Origin: Pavona decussata
Taxonomy: Eukaryota
Length of the DNA: 64,000 bases
Reading direction: 5' to 3'
NCBI GenBank assembly: GCA_977016875.1
Contig: CDRNST010000176.1
Span: 806,001-870,000, forward strand
Part shown: one piece after another, positions 1 through 17,100 of the stretch
Position numbering within the stretch: position 1 is the stretch's first letter
How the letters are laid out: every line of letters begins with the position of its first letter
Program-made: the position numbers and the translations under genes
Notes under the pieces: generated by a model
Database searches by the model: none
What the model was told of the DNA's origin: nothing
What the model saw: only the letters and a program-made list of their open reading frames with translations

Positions 1-103
1 GAGTTTCATTGATTGTTTAACGGAATGACCATGTTTTCTTGTTTGCCCACCTCTGCATCTGAATTTGAACTTGTCGTTAAACGTTGTCGTGTTGTTATCT
101 CAG

Positions 104-2164
<2,061 letters not shown>

Positions 2165-3403
2165 TCTGCGCATGTATATAGAGCAGTAGCGTGGAATGCG
2201 AAGTCTTCCTCGGAGTACGTTCGGTTCTAGTTTGTTTCGTTCGGGATTGAAACCGCAGCTGTTTCTTCCCCTTACCTAATCAGCAATCTGCGATTGCGTA
2301 GAAAACACTCAGCGGTCACGTGTTCGTAGGAAAAGAGGCGCAAAATTTTGTGAGTTTTTAAACCTTCTGTGTTGGCGCACGTGAATAGAACTGCGTGCAA
2401 GGTTTTGTAATTGAAGCACGTTACTTGTCCGACTGCGGACATTTAAACAGAGAGCAGTGAAACGTTGTTTAGAAGCCGTACATTATATTAAAATGACATC
2501 AGATTCATGTCCAAGTAGGGAAAGTGAAGTTTTAATGAACACGGAGGGTGTTTGTTTTCAGCTTTTCTTTTCTTGCGCAAGGGATATTTGACCGATTTCT
2601 TCAACCACGGGACTAATCAGGTTGTGTTCCTTGTACGCTCAGTAGCGGTGAATGAGTACTCTTGTTGTTTGGTAAATCCTTACAGAAAATACCGAGACGT
2701 TTCTGATGCAAACCGACGAGTTTCACAAAATACGCGATCATAAGCTATTACATCAGATTAAGGATTGTTGTCCATGATATGGTGCATGTTGCTTAGCAAC
2801 CAGCCGTCTGAAAACTCCGAGCTTCAGGCAGGTTTGAGGAAAAGGTGTCGTTACTTCACCCAGCTAGAGTGACATTCATTCTAATACACCTTTGCATGTG
2901 ACTTGCAGCCTTTATCTGAGAGCGCATTTCAGTTGATCATTGTAAATAATTTTCATCATCATTATCAGTCGTCTGCGAAGTGTGCCTATGACGTTAAAAC
3001 GCGTTGTATACACTCGCGTCGCACGAATCCCGCGTGGGCGTCCCTCGTGACACGTGCGTTTCACGCTTGCAGACCTCACGCATTAAATTCCCCACCTAAC
3101 GAAAACATGAGGACGCTAGTGCTCTCTCTTCGCTGTAAGATTCAAATCATATATTGTGTGCAACAGAAATTCTAAAATATTTTTTTATAAGGAAAAGAGT
3201 GACGATTTCGATCGTTAGCGAGTTAAGTTGAGTTTTGTACTGTAGGTTAAATCTTAAGGAAAGAATAATTCTTTGTAAATAATGTACAGTACTCTTCTTC
3301 GTGTAAAGGTATGCTTTTGTAATATAACTGTTAGCTCCTGGCGAAATCTCTCGTTTATATTATACAGAGGAAATATCATAAATATCTAGTTTTAGAATGA
3401 GAA

Positions 3404-3409
3404 AATAAA
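3404..3409 (+). promoter_or_regulatory. Likely polyadenylation signal of the BAH gene
   Basis: AATAAA at the end of an AT-rich stretch, followed by a T/GT-rich tract, ~1.24 kb after the stop. Confidence 0.5.
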
Positions 3410-6400
3410 GTTTTAGATTTTGTACCTCAGTTGTCCGTTTCCTGTGAAAAACCGAGTTTACTTCGCAGTTACACTGTGTTTGATTTTCGTTCCTAATTGT
3501 TCCCAGACCTTCAATTTTGTTTCTATCTTTGCCTCATCGTTTAGCTGAAGTCGGCGGCTTAGGGGAGGTATTACGGTTGAATTTGTATGAAATAGGATGC
3601 CATTAGAGAGGGATAAAAATTTTGTGCCCACTTCTGGACAGTCAATCAATACTTTGGTTTGTCAGCAGACTGTTTTGGTATCCATCTATTTATTAATTCT
3701 AAAGCTTAAATTATTATCTATAATCACCTTTTAAAAAGTAAACTTTACTGATTTCCCCAAAATTCATCAATTTTCACCCTTTGTGCTGTATAAACATCGA
3801 AAAAATCGTAAAAACATTCTGGAAGGTTGATAAGGCGCAACTGACAAGACGATTTGTTTAAAGAAATTGCCGCTATTGAGCATAATTCGCAACCATAAAT
3901 AGTCAAACAAGTACCAGGAGTTTTCTCTCGGATGTTTACAAACACTTCTGCGCTGTAAAGATGGCCCTTGAGCCACTAAGATACTAGTAAAATCAATTGG
4001 CTTGTTTCAGCGAGATGGGCCATTCGAAAGCGGGCCACAATTTTGATGATAGTACGTAGAAAAACTTCGAAGAGATAAAATAAAGATCACCGCGCGAAAA
4101 CTCCCAAAATCATGTCATTCAGCCATAATCCTCCCTTAAAGTGGCTTTTGAAATGCAAAACCTCAGTAATTTGAAGAGAGCAGAAATTTAGAGATACGAA
4201 CAGATGGGAGAAAAATTCAGTTTTGCAAGGGAGGCCAAGGAACGATAAACCACGCTCAAACCAGAAAGAGGTTATGCCTTGCACAAGGGGCAATAAGTAC
4301 AGGCTAAAGAAGCCTTTCGGCTCTTATTTACTGGTATATGATACGTATAGAGTGAAAGAGTGCGAGGATGGATCGGTGTGTGTGGGATCTAGTTTTCGTG
4401 TTCTCTTATTTCGCTTAAAGAGGACTGCCCCATGTATCTCAGGCGTGTGGCGCAAAGACAATTGCGATGCGCGTCTCTTCTCGTCTTTTTTTTCGCGCCT
4501 CCCCCGTCCTCTATCTGAACGCTTGGTACAGGCTATACCATACTTCAACTGGAGTATTCCGCACTAGGTGGAGGAAGAAAGAGGGGGATGAGTTATGAAA
4601 AAAAAGGTGAAATTTTCATGTTGTAGGTAAGGATCGAAAGGGTTAACGTAAAAGATATCATTTCTGACAGTTTCCTATCTATCAATGATCTTTCTTTTTT
4701 ATTCCAAATCACCAGGAATATCCCCATCACGAAACTGTAAAATTGAGTTATAAATGCCGTTATTTCCTCTATTTTCCTTGTGTTCTAGTCGAACGTCAGC
4801 TGTACAGAGTTGTTTTGCATTAGTATTATCAAAAAACATAGCTGGATCATGGTAAATTGAGGCAATTTGTCAGTCTGTATCGTATCATCCTTCAGTTTGC
4901 ATAATCTTCTCGTCGTACAATCTTCAGTGCGCTTTGGTTATTATCCCTCAGTAATCCACTAAGGAATTTTAATTGAGTAGGGAAACATATTCCGGGATCG
5001 ATTAACTGGCAACGGCAACCCATTCACCCTTTAGAATAAATATATTGGTTTCCTTGAGAACTCGACGCATCTATACAGTGCCTTAAACAACTATTGTCCA
5101 TCGTTTATCACCTCCCAGTATTTTGTCGCCGATTCCTTTGTTTACACATGGCTAGACAGATAAGAGAAAATATGAAGTTAAGTTTGTTTTGTTTAAGGAA
5201 ATAGCACAACATTGCAGAGAAAAAAATCGAACAAAACCAATCCATGGTGATCAGTCCCACATGCTAACGGCTACACCCCACTAGACCTCGGTGTTTATTT
5301 ACGTTTTTCATATCAATAGTTCTGTTGCAAGTATTCCCACTGAGGGATGCTTGCTTGGTTAAATTTTTGATCGTAAGGATCAGCCCGTTTCGAGATCGGT
5401 CAGTTCGAAATGGGAGTCACCACCACCAAAACTAGCACTACTATTACTGCTACTGCTTCTGCTGCAACTACCAAGTAGTGCACTAAACTGAGAAACACTG
5501 CTTTCTCGTGTAAGGATGCATTTATGCCGCTACTATGTACCAACCCAAGCGGTATGAAGATTTGAAGTTGAACAATTTTGGTCAAGCAGATTGAGCAAAA
5601 GATTCCGGCATGGGGCAGCGGGCAATATGTTTCTGTTTAACGGAGGAAATAGGAAACAGCTAGCCTGTGAAGAATTAGAGTTTGGTTTGAAATAGGTACT
5701 CTGGGCCGGACTCTAATTCCCCGCGAACCAAATTAAAGCAAAATAGACTAACACTTCTCGTTAAACAAATTGACCTCAACTTGACTTCTGTCCAACCAAA
5801 AGAAATATGGGCACAAGTCAAGTTGTCTTTTCTTAATCCGTCACAGCGTTTAGCAGTCTTCAAACCCTAGCTCTCGGTTTATATTTTACTCTGTTGTCTT
5901 TATTTGTCAAGATTTTATTTCTATCGTCTAGGTTTTGTTTTTGTTCACTCATTTCGTTAGATTTTTACACAAGTATTTACTAATGAAAGCAACCTGAAAA
6001 TGCGTGGTCTCGAATGAAAGGCGACAGACTCTTTCAGTCAGCTGATAACTGGCGCCAGCCCGCGTAAATTATAATCGGATTGCGTGGATGCACTCCTGAT
6101 ACACTAACTGAACTCACTTTGTCTTGTTTATGTTGTATTTGCTCAGTATTCTCAAGACGCAATCCGATTGACTTGGACCCGTCTGATCATTTTAATCATT
6201 TATCTGGTCCTGTAATTTTATATGCAGTCTCCTCTGTTAGTTTAAATAAGAGCCTATCTGAAATTCGTACGAAAAATCTTAGGCTCTCCCAGGATAAGCC
6301 ATTTTCGCAGATAATCCGATGCTTTTGGTCCTGTTAAAGGGCAATTCAAGCACTCCAGAGCTCCCGTCAACATGTCGCTAAATACGTACGACGGTATGGT

Positions 6401-8103
6401 TAAAAGCTGCAAATACTTCGCGAGATTCTTCGTGTTCCTTTCCTGACCATGGCTGATAGATGAAATGCCTCTCTTAGTTCAAGTGTAACTGAGATACAGT
6501 GACCAGTGTTCTCATGCCCGGAGGTGTAACAATAGCTCACGACCTGTATAAAGCCGAGGACTTTAATTGTGAATACCCGCGGTGCATTTCCTTATGAACA
6601 AAATGTTCATCAGGTTTCCAGTGAACTCTTTAGCGAAGGAAGGGCAGGCATTTTAAGTTATGCTGGCTATCAAAATAACTTTCCAGCGATTTTTGCATCA
6701 TACAACCGTTAGAACTTGAAAAAATTGGCTCGAATTTGCAACCATTTCCTTCTTGACCGCCTAGTCAAAGATATTTTACCTGATAGCTTCCTTGTTATAT
6801 AATCAGCCGAGCCAGTTTAACGAAGCCGGACTATATATTGATAGCTTTCCAGCATTGGTAATATCACTTTTGACGTTTTGTTTTTCAAAATTGCAAATAG
6901 TAAAATTATATGACGGACGTAGTACTGGGTCCTTTAAACTAAATGTATGTAGACAAATGATGCAGAAGAGATGGGAGTACTGGGTTTACATACAGCAAGG
7001 GACATGAATTTTGTTAGTATATTAAACTGGGAAGCCTATGACCGAGTGAGAGTTTCACTGGAAGCTAGAAGGAAGGAGGGGTGTGGAGGGCGAGGAGGAT
7101 TTAGCCTGCATTTCAGCCGCCACCTTTGAAAGGAATGGGTTAGATACGGGGCAGAGACTTCTTTAAGAAATAACGGTAGTTCAATTAAACAAGCATGCAA
7201 CCGGAAACAGCTGCTACAACAGGGCAAATTTGCTGGCCAATATGTCGACAGGTTATTACATAACGTAGTCTTTCATTGGGCTGGAGGGCTCTGGAGCTAG
7301 CCTTTGTACTGTGTTTGCATTTGTAAGACCTATCTGATGGACTATGTCATATCCTTAAAATTTATCGCTCCAAACAAAAAAAGCTTGCCAAAAAAGGATA
7401 ACTTCTTCGACATTTCGCCTTTCCGTGTTTAACCTCCCCAACCCCGGAAATGTCTGATCGTTTCCTCAGAAACATAAATCGCGTGCAGAATGTAGCATGG
7501 TTAAGATTGTTTCCTTGGTGGAGTTAAATTCTTAGCAAGTTTGGCTGCCTCTTGGCTTTCACTGCCAGGAAAAATCAAGATAAAAACAGACTAACACACG
7601 CTGGCAAGTGCACCTTTTTTCACTGCTTGGAGCCCTCGATCATTTCCAATCCTGTCAGCGTGCATTGGAATGCGAAGAACGTCCTTGTAGGCTACCAACC
7701 ACGAAGCTCCGAGAAAGCGATATCGTCGAGATTTTTCCTTCATCTCGTGCCCTTCTGGCTTCATGCAGGGCTAAACTACCAAGCCAGCATCAACCAAGAC
7801 TGTCTAGTAGGCTCTTGATGGTGTCACAATGCGCTGGATGCCGCATATGATTCGAGGTTTCTGCGACATCTGTTTAGAAATCGCTCTAGCTACTGACTGA
7901 TTGTCTCTTCAATCGTTTACAAATGGAATTGCTCATTTACATGCAGGTTGGACGATGAACTCGTATTTGCAAAGAGCAGATGAGCGGGGGACATAAGTTC
8001 ATTCGATCTTCGCATGCCTGAGCTACGTTTTGAAACAAACGTCTACGGTGAGCTCACTAAAGGCGACTGGTCTGATTTGAACACAGAGCAGAGGAGTACC
8101 AGT

Positions 8104-11100
8104 ATGGCGTTTTCCGGGACACGGTCACTGCTTCTTTGGTGTCGGCAACAGACAGAGAACTACAGCGAGGTGAACGTGATTAATATGACAACTTCATGGC
8201 GAGATGGGTTGGCCTTCTGTGCGATTATTCACCGCTTCAGACCGGATCTGATGTAAGCTTTAGTTTGCTCAAAGATGTGTTTGTCTGGCACATTAGCGCT
8301 CACGCTGTTTGCTTTTGCTGTTTATTTCTAGTGCCCGGTGAAATGCGGCATTGTTTCATTGTGTTTGTTGAGTGCTCTCTTTCTTTTGCTGTAATTTAGA
8401 GATTTCGACAGACTGTCCAAAGACAACATCATGGAAAACAATGAACTGGTAAGTGCATTTTATCTATCTCTGCAGCGCGCGTGTGTGTGGATTTTATGCA
8501 ATTAATCACTAAAATTTGAAGATGAGTGTGAACTCTCGAACTCTGTGTTGACGAGAATCGGACGTGTTCGTCTATTATTTCACTAATGGTGTCAAAACGA
8601 TTAGAATAGACGCTAGAATTAGATTTTGATAACAAAACGCTTGGGTCATTGAGAAACCAAACAAACGTTGTGTCAAAGACCTATGCCTTTCCGGCGCAAG
8701 GTAAGAATGCTTTATTGCAGTCTCGCCGCTAGGTTCTAATTTGTCTTTTATAAACCTCTGTTTACAAAATACAAAAAGGTGGCTTTGGCTATTATTATTA
8801 AAGTAGCTGTCGAGTTTCAATAGGTCCCAAGTATCACGTTGTTTAAGGTGCTTTTTCACAGGTACAGTCTCTTGTCTATTCGGCAAACAATTTTTGGCTT
8901 TGCGTGACACTTCGGAATGCAAATGTGATCTTTCAATTTTTCTCGCTCCGCAGGGTTCTATAATGTCCCATTGCATGGAAGTCATTGTTTTGAAAAAGAA
9001 GTTTACACCACACTAATTTAAAAGTCAATTAATACGTGAAAACACACAGTTAACGATCCGTTGGTATAGCTTATTAATTGATCTCAAACAACTCTTTGAG
9101 ACGCAAATATACGGCCTGTATAATCCATGTTTAAAAATCCACTGTACTTGTATCGCTGTGAGCTGTTAATTTCTCACAGGCCTGGTATTGTGCCATCGGC
9201 ACTTGAAAATTGGACAGTTGATCCAATTTTCTCTTCTAATTAGGACATTTAAATTTCTGGTAAAGCGACGTGTTTTTAATGTCAAGTTATGCTACTTTTT
9301 TCATCGACATCATACTCACGTCTGTGCTAAATCTTGATGATATCTCGAGTTGTCGTCAACATTGCCAGTTTCGAATTCCTTAACAACCCCATGACTTTCT
9401 TGCAAATTTTCTCAAATTTCCAGCGAAGAAAATTGAATGACTGTCACACACAACCTGCTGAGTTGTACAAAATCACGTAAATAAAAATCGTGCCATGTTA
9501 TTAATTTAATTTCTTTCCGAGTTATATTTAAACATGTTTGAACTTAATGAATTCAGTTTGCATTTAACAACTTCCACGACACCCACAGAAAAGGAAATAT
9601 TCTAGCCACAGAATATACCAGAAAGAAATTGGGAGACAAGGATGTATTCTACACCATTTACATTTTAATGACATATACTAGATTATTTCTTAAATTTACT
9701 ATAGACATTGATGTAAATTTTTATAGTTCTGTTATTGATTGTAAAGCGCCNNNNNNNNNNNNNNNNNNNNNNNNNNNNNNNNNNNNNNNNNNNNNNNNNN
9801 NNNNNNNNNNNNNNNNNNNNNNNNNNNNNNNNNNNNNNNNNNNNNNNNNNNNNNNNNNNNNNNNNNNNNNNNNNNNNNNNNNTATGTGAAGCTTATCAGT
9901 CAGTTTGTCTTCACAATTTCTTGACTTATCAGGAGTCTCCCAGGAGACAGAGTTGAGAAGTCTATACTTAGGGTGCATTTGATTGACCCTATACCGGAAT
10001 AGGAATACAAACAATGATGACAAGAAACCCTTCCTAAGAGGTTTTTGGAGTTACTGGAGTACAAAATCGCTCTTAGATTATCATGTGGCAGCGAAAGTGC
10101 GCAGAAATGTCTTCCCAAATTTACTTACAGTGCAACAAACTCAACCGTGGCCACTGAAAAAAACCAACACTTTGAAATTTAGAGAAATGTTCTCATTCCT
10201 CCTTTGTTGACCTGTGATTGGCTGATCAATGTTGGGTGGCCCCGGTTGAGTTTGTTGCACTGTAAAAGAGAAATATCACAGCTTTTCTACTTATTCTTAT
10301 TCCAGAATACATTCAATCAAATGCAACCTACACTGACCAGTTTGAAACTTCAATATCCCCCCCCCCCCCTCAGCCATTTGACTTTTGAAAATTCTCACTT
10401 CCACCTCCAGGGTCCACACTGTTCAGATGAGTTGATTGGTATATAAATTTTAAGTAAACCCATGCCATTCAACCAGTTGCAGTACATAAATGATGTATGA
10501 TCAACATTTCATATAATTATGTTTAGTTCAAAGGCTAAAATTTTTTAAAATTAATGTTCTCTGGAGTAGCAGCCTAATATCAGTCTGCAGAGCATGGCAA
10601 ATGTATGCGTGAGTTTTCAGATAAGGCCTCGGCATGTGCAATACCCTTTCAAGTTTTGCCATACTCTGAACACTGCGTCTTATTTACAGTCCAGTTCCTT
10701 ATAGTTTGTTTTGTTTGACAGGCTTTTAGTATGGCTGAAAAGCACTTTGGAATACCAATGGTACTTGATGCAAGTGACATGGTAGAGAATGTCATTCCAG
10801 ACAGGCTGAGTGTTATCACCTATGTGTCACAGCTGTACGAATACTTCAAGAACAGAACGCCTGGTATGTGATAGAATACTCTGTATTAGACAGTGTCCCT
10901 TCTCCAAAAAGAAAGCAGGTGTTCATATTTTCAAGCCATGATGAATTCGCACTCACATGACTAATACCAGTTGACTACTGGTAAAATATTTTAGGCCAGA
11001 TAAGCAAGCAAAGCCGTCCCATAATTTATACCAAAATTGCAAACTTTTTAGACCGAAAAGTCTGTACCCTTTGGAGTGACATGTACCTAGATGAGTTGGC

Positions 11101-14100
11101 AAAGGTGGAATTATTACTAGTTACAGTAACAGAGGGGTTACATGTATGTCTATGCCCATCACTTGCTGTACCTACTTTTTGTGCTTTACTAACTGCTGTT
11201 ATTTATTTAAAGCAAACCAAGGATACGCCACAAAGATGAATATCAAACCCAAGGCCAGAGCTGAAGCAAAAGGCCATAAAGCAAGCAAGCGCACCTCGCC
11301 CTCCAGTCAGATGTACATCTTGTCTGGCCATGCCAAGAGGGTTGCTACAGCCCTACGGAATGTGTTCAAGTCAGACCCCAAGGAGGAGTCGTCAAAGGGC
11401 AAAGAGTCTGGCCACAGTAGCAAATATTTGGGAGTGGATCCCACACGGACGAATCAGGAAACAGTAAGGACTGCAGGATAATAAATTAACAAACATATTC
11501 CTTTCGTAAATTTATGCACTGTAAATAGTATTATTTTTAAGCTTATTATTCATAAAACCTAAACAGGAAATTCCAGTATACAAGGGGCCTGGCCTGGCCA
11601 TTCTCACCTTTAGTTGTCAATCAACTTATTTTATTTTATTTTATTAGACTTTGCCTTCTAAAAACAAACTATAAACAGAACATGACAACGTAAACAGAAA
11701 ATAAACAAGTACTGGGGTGACGACAACAGCTAGCGCTAATTACTGTGGGCCCAACTGTCAGAGCGTAAACAACTGAGAAACAACATGACTTATTGTGTCT
11801 TTTTCTACGACCCATACTGACAAAATTGGTTCATTTTTGAGAATAAACTTGTTAACCGAATTAGAAACCGATGTCTTTTATTGGTGTGGAAATGTCAAAT
11901 GACATTTTTAGGTATATTTTTCAGAGGATGGTTGAATCAACAACTTGCTTCAACTGATCAGTGTCTAAATTTGGGTTCACACCCACAAAGGTGAAATGAA
12001 GGGGGGTTGGCCTTTTATAGTGGAACTTCTTGTTTAACATTGTATGTAGCTGCTTGTGTCTGACTACACAATCATGTAAAACATTTACAATCAACCAAAT
12101 ACTGTAATTGGCAAGTATAAAATATTTTGCTGTGCTCTTTCCTATCTAGACAAGAAGTACTGATGAACCATCCCCAAATACAGCAAGAAAATCACCCTTC
12201 CTGGGAAATGATTGTTACATCTGTCACAATAGAGTGTACATTATGGAGAGGCTGATTGCGGAAAGGAAGCTCTTCCACCGAGCGTGTTTCAGATGCGATA
12301 AATGCAATGCTTGCCTTCGGCCTGGAACATACCAGTACTTCCCAGAAACTGACAAGTTTTGCTGTTTGTTTGATTGTTCAGGAGGTGTGTTTTAGGAACA
12401 ATGAATTATTGATAGAATGTGTTTTGACAGTCAGTGATGCAGGCATACTTTGGAAAAGAAAATCAGAAAAGAAAAGAAATTCTGAATTCTCCCAGCAGGT
12501 GTCGAGCCTACATGAACGACCTTTTGATTACAAGTTCATACACCGTATGCTCTACTATTGAGCTACAGGAGACTCGTGGGAGCTAACTAAGGCCATTAAA
12601 CTAGGTTCATGTGACATTAAAAATCCTCGAAACTGCTGAGGATTTGGAAGTCGATGAATGGGTATGCGAGAAAGAAATGTGATGTTTTGGATTGTTTTAA
12701 GTCTTACAGTGTGGACAAAATGATAGAGGTATTTATTTACCAGGCTCAAAAAGCCTGCTTTTGTCATTGACTGAAAGTGTACCTCTATCATTTGTTTATC
12801 AGGCTTTGAAGCAATTAACATCACAATTCGTTCACACATGTCAATGAAATTGTTCTTTTAGAAAGCTCCACCTGCTGGAATCAGCAGTATGCAGGCTTTC
12901 ATTTCTTTTGGCAAATGCGTCTGAACAAATTCTGCCCACCAATTTTGATGAACAAGTCCTACTAGAGTTGGTGACCAGGTGCCCTGATATCAAGCTGTGA
13001 TACTATTTGTTTCGTTATAGATAACTAATACTTTGTTAATAGTAAAGACGAGCAATAAGCAAAATGTGATGGCAGGTTGATTGTCTTCAGTCTTATGCAT
13101 TTTGTGGGAGCAAGAGATCAAAGATCCCACAGCTTATCATTAAGTCACCTCTCACATTGCTCTAGGAAATCACCACCCACCTTGTTCCCATTCTCAGGCT
13201 GACGCATTGCTACAATCTTTGTCAGAACTGTGAAGAAACTTTTTGTCGATCTACAAATTCCACCACTCCAGTAATACATCACTCAGCCTCCCCTCCCCCT
13301 CCCCCCTTATCGCTGAAAAAAAGGCTGGGTAATTGTCAGGCTTTCAAAGCAACATTGAGTGAGGGGGAGGGGGGACTGTGAAGGTTTAGTACTCTCCAGG
13401 CAGTCTGTTCCTTAAGGGAAATTGCAATACATGTACAAAATTGACATTTTTCTCGTGAACTACTCTTTTGTCCAAGATTGTAGTTGTGTAAATGTTTATT
13501 CCTAAATGTTTTCCAACAACAAAACAAAAACAGTACATAAAGAACAATTCTTGTCATTTCACAGACCTTTTATCACTGACAGTAATTTATTAAATTATTT
13601 TGATGTAATTTATAAGAAAATTTATAAGTCAGAATATTTATAAGAAAATTATTTTGATGTAGGCCAGATAACAAAACCATTGACAATGCTGGAAAGAGCA
13701 TGTTAAAAGTAGTAAAAAGGCCAAGTTTGTGAGTCTTGTACATACAAATGTCAAAAATTTGCAGACCTAACGAAACTACCATATATCTTCACCATTTTGA
13801 AGACAAGACTTTCAAACTTGGTCATTTTATAATTTAAGGTACAATACAATACAATACTTTATTGACACTCCCCATAGGGGTTTTTCAGTGACAATTTTAC
13901 AATACATAAATTAATATTAAAACAATGATATTTACAATATTTACAATACATAAATAAGGTGCTCTTTCCAGAAGTGTAAATGTTGTTTCGTCTCCTAGCC
14001 TGCATTAAATTTTTAAATAACCATGATAAGGGAGAATGAGTTTGTTTATTTTACTTTCCCTTTACCTCTTAGAGTCATGATAAAATTTTTTTTGTTCCTA

Positions 14101-17100
14101 TCAGGTCAAAGAGAAGCACCCATTAAAATAAAGCTAGAGCCCATCACAGATGCAGCACAGGAATCCCACTCTAAAGAGACTACATCTTCCAAAACCTCAA
14201 CTGGTGATGGTCCGCATTCAATAGATTCACACCAGCAGGCCAAAAGCTCCCTTCAAAGACAATTTTCGGTTGTAAAGAGAAATGCGATCCATTTAAATGC
14301 CCTACCACAGCCATTATCTCAAGGAAAAGCCAACATTGCGCAAAGTCCAAAGCACTCCCATTCATCTAGAAGTCCAACAGAATTGCGGCACAAGGGTGAA
14401 AGAGAAAAGAAGAGGAGACTATCAGGAAATGGAAAGACTGAGAGCAGACATGAAGGGAAAGGGAAACATGATCAAAAAAAGACTTCTTGGTCACCTGTGC
14501 ACAAACGGCGGGCTCCTGAGAGAAAGTTGGAAGATGAGAAAGAAGGGGACATCGTTGATAGCAATTTAAATGTAGATGCACCAAGGAAAACTTTAAAACT
14601 AACTTTACCAAAAGATGATTTAGTATCAAACACAGAACAAAAGAAAGTGGAAAAGAACGATGAAGAAAAAGTGGTTCACTTAAGAATGAAGCAGGAGACA
14701 AGGATTTCAAGAGAGGAGAGCTTTAGTGAAGCACCCACCCTAAACCTCTTCTTTTCATTTAAAGAAGAGTTGCTTAAGAGAGCAACTGAAACTAAAGTGG
14801 AGGACATTAACAAAGGTGATAAGGTGACAAAGGAAAATAAGTTAATAGTAAATGGTTGTGCAAACGAGACATTGCAGCATAAGGTAAAAACAACAAGGGA
14901 CGATGATGGTAACAAGGAAATTGATTCTTTAGGAAATGGTGTTGACAGTGGAGTTGATAGTTTCATGATTGATAATAAAAGAAAACATTCAGGAGAAGAA
15001 AGAAAACATTCGGGAGATGAGAGTGTGAAGAGTGGTTCTACAGGAGAAAGTGGATCACGTAAAGTTAGTATTGTGAATGAGGCTGAGGCTCCTGTTCCTA
15101 AAACTGTTCAAAAACTGCGTGAAAAGTTTCTAAATATCGGTGACATCATTGAAGAAAAACACAAGACCAATATTGCAAAGAAAAGTCAAGAAATTCAGAG
15201 AGAATTGAGATGTGTTTCTGCGTGGAAGCAGCAGACAGAATCGCAGGTGGCAACGTCGAGAAAACTCTCGGCAAGTGTGGCAGGGAAATCGGCTGAGCTG
15301 AGGAAGCCAAATATTGATACCAATCGCAGAAGTGTGAAAGAGTTGAGAAAGATGTACATGGGAGATGGAAGTAGTGAAAACAAAACTTCAAAGGAGAAAT
15401 TAAGTATGGTGCGTTCAAGATCAATGAAAGCTGCAGTGAGTACAGAACGGAAATTAAGCCCTTCTGAAACAAAACAGATTCCTTCACAAACATCACAAGG
15501 AGAACTTGAGAAAAGGAGCGAATCTTCAGAGTTGGCAATTAAGGAAGATAGTTCAGCCCTGTTGCACAATGTTGATGGTGGAGCTGAAAAAGGTCCTAAC
15601 GAAACTTGTGATTCTCAAGCAGATTCAGAAATCATTGTTGTTGTGCAGGTTGATAACAGTCTGGAAAAGATGGAGAGTAATGATGCAGATGGTAATGAAG
15701 TGAGTACAAGTCTCATGTCGTCAAATCAGATTGGTGATATGTCTCATGAGACAAGGACTTACACAATTATCAAGTCTGAGGATGTTCCAAAAGATGTACC
15801 CTCTCTTCAAATTCAGCCAGCAAGTCCTCAGCCTGCTAGCGGGGAACAGCGCTCTCCGGGGCTGAAAAGACATGCGGCATCCCATGACAGTGGAATTGAT
15901 GAACCACCATATCCCCATGGACAAAACAATTTGCTGAGCTCTGTACCAGATGGTAAAATATTAGCTGAAAGTTTAAAAGTTGCAGCAGAATTTTCCTTCC
16001 CCGCGAGCGGTAGTTCTGTTTTGTCATCAGGTGCACAGCCATCAGTTCAACCTGGTAGTGATCTTCAGCCACCAGAAATTCCATTGTCGCCTGGCAGTGA
16101 TGTCTCGCCCATAGAGGTGTTTTGGTCACTTCCACTATCTGTTGGTAATAGGGCATCTTTAACTGATACTAGTTCATCTTGTAGTTCACCAAGAATGTCT
16201 GTTATTATTGCACAAGAGGCATCAACAACCAAAATAAACAGTCGATATTTTACGGTAGAAACCATGGAGCCTTGGGATTTTGAGGATTATAGAATTGCGG
16301 AGGAACATCAGTGTGTTATGGAAGTCGAGGGTGAGTTCTCTTTTGGAAGAGAGAAGAGCAAAACAAGTAGGGCCGAAAGAGAAGCTATTTTCTCTTTGCA
16401 TCGCGATGCAAAAAATAATGGGTTTAATGGTACTGGCCTGTTAAAAGAGGAAGAAATAACACTCTCTCCAGCAGAGATTGATGCTGAATTACAAACTCTT
16501 GAAGTGAAGAATAGCTTTCTTGAAAGAAGGGGAGTGGAAATTGAGCATCACTTGAGAGAAAGCATGGATTGTAAGTACACTTGAAAAAATTCTAACTTGA
16601 ACAGCTCGTCAAGGGGTGTGGAATGGTCTTTCAAAAACCTGTCTCACAATGTGTGGTTCCAGACATATTCACACCTCTTCCAAGGAAGGTCACGTCCTAG
16701 AAATTCCAGTGGGGAGGGGATGGGGACCATTTCAAAAGCCAAAGTTTTTAATAAAAGGAAAGTATATATATGAAGCTAAATTGAAATTTCCAGAGGGGTG
16801 GAGGGGTCCAAACCAAAAAACCTTCTGTAGGGGTGGGGCGGGGTGGGGGTATGAGTATTTTATGGAACAACACACTTTGGTCTAATTTCAAGAGTCCCAA
16901 TTGCAGTGCCATTTTTTTTTTCAAAGCCATTTCAAAGTCTCAATTTCATTTTGCAAGACAAAAAAATCTCATGCTAACAGAGAAATTGCTACATGCTCAG
17001 TCATAAATGTGGAAATGGTCCCCTCCTTTCTTTCCCCTTCTCCCCTTCAATGTTGAATTTGTTTGTTTTACCAAGTGGGAGTGAAAGAAACGCTATGAAT

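Noticed and set aside
5000-8013. Upstream FAD-monooxygenase exons that would make this a full MICAL
   Set aside because: No GxGxxG or monooxygenase-like peptide is visible, and the CH domain directly follows an in-frame ATG in an ORF closed upstream
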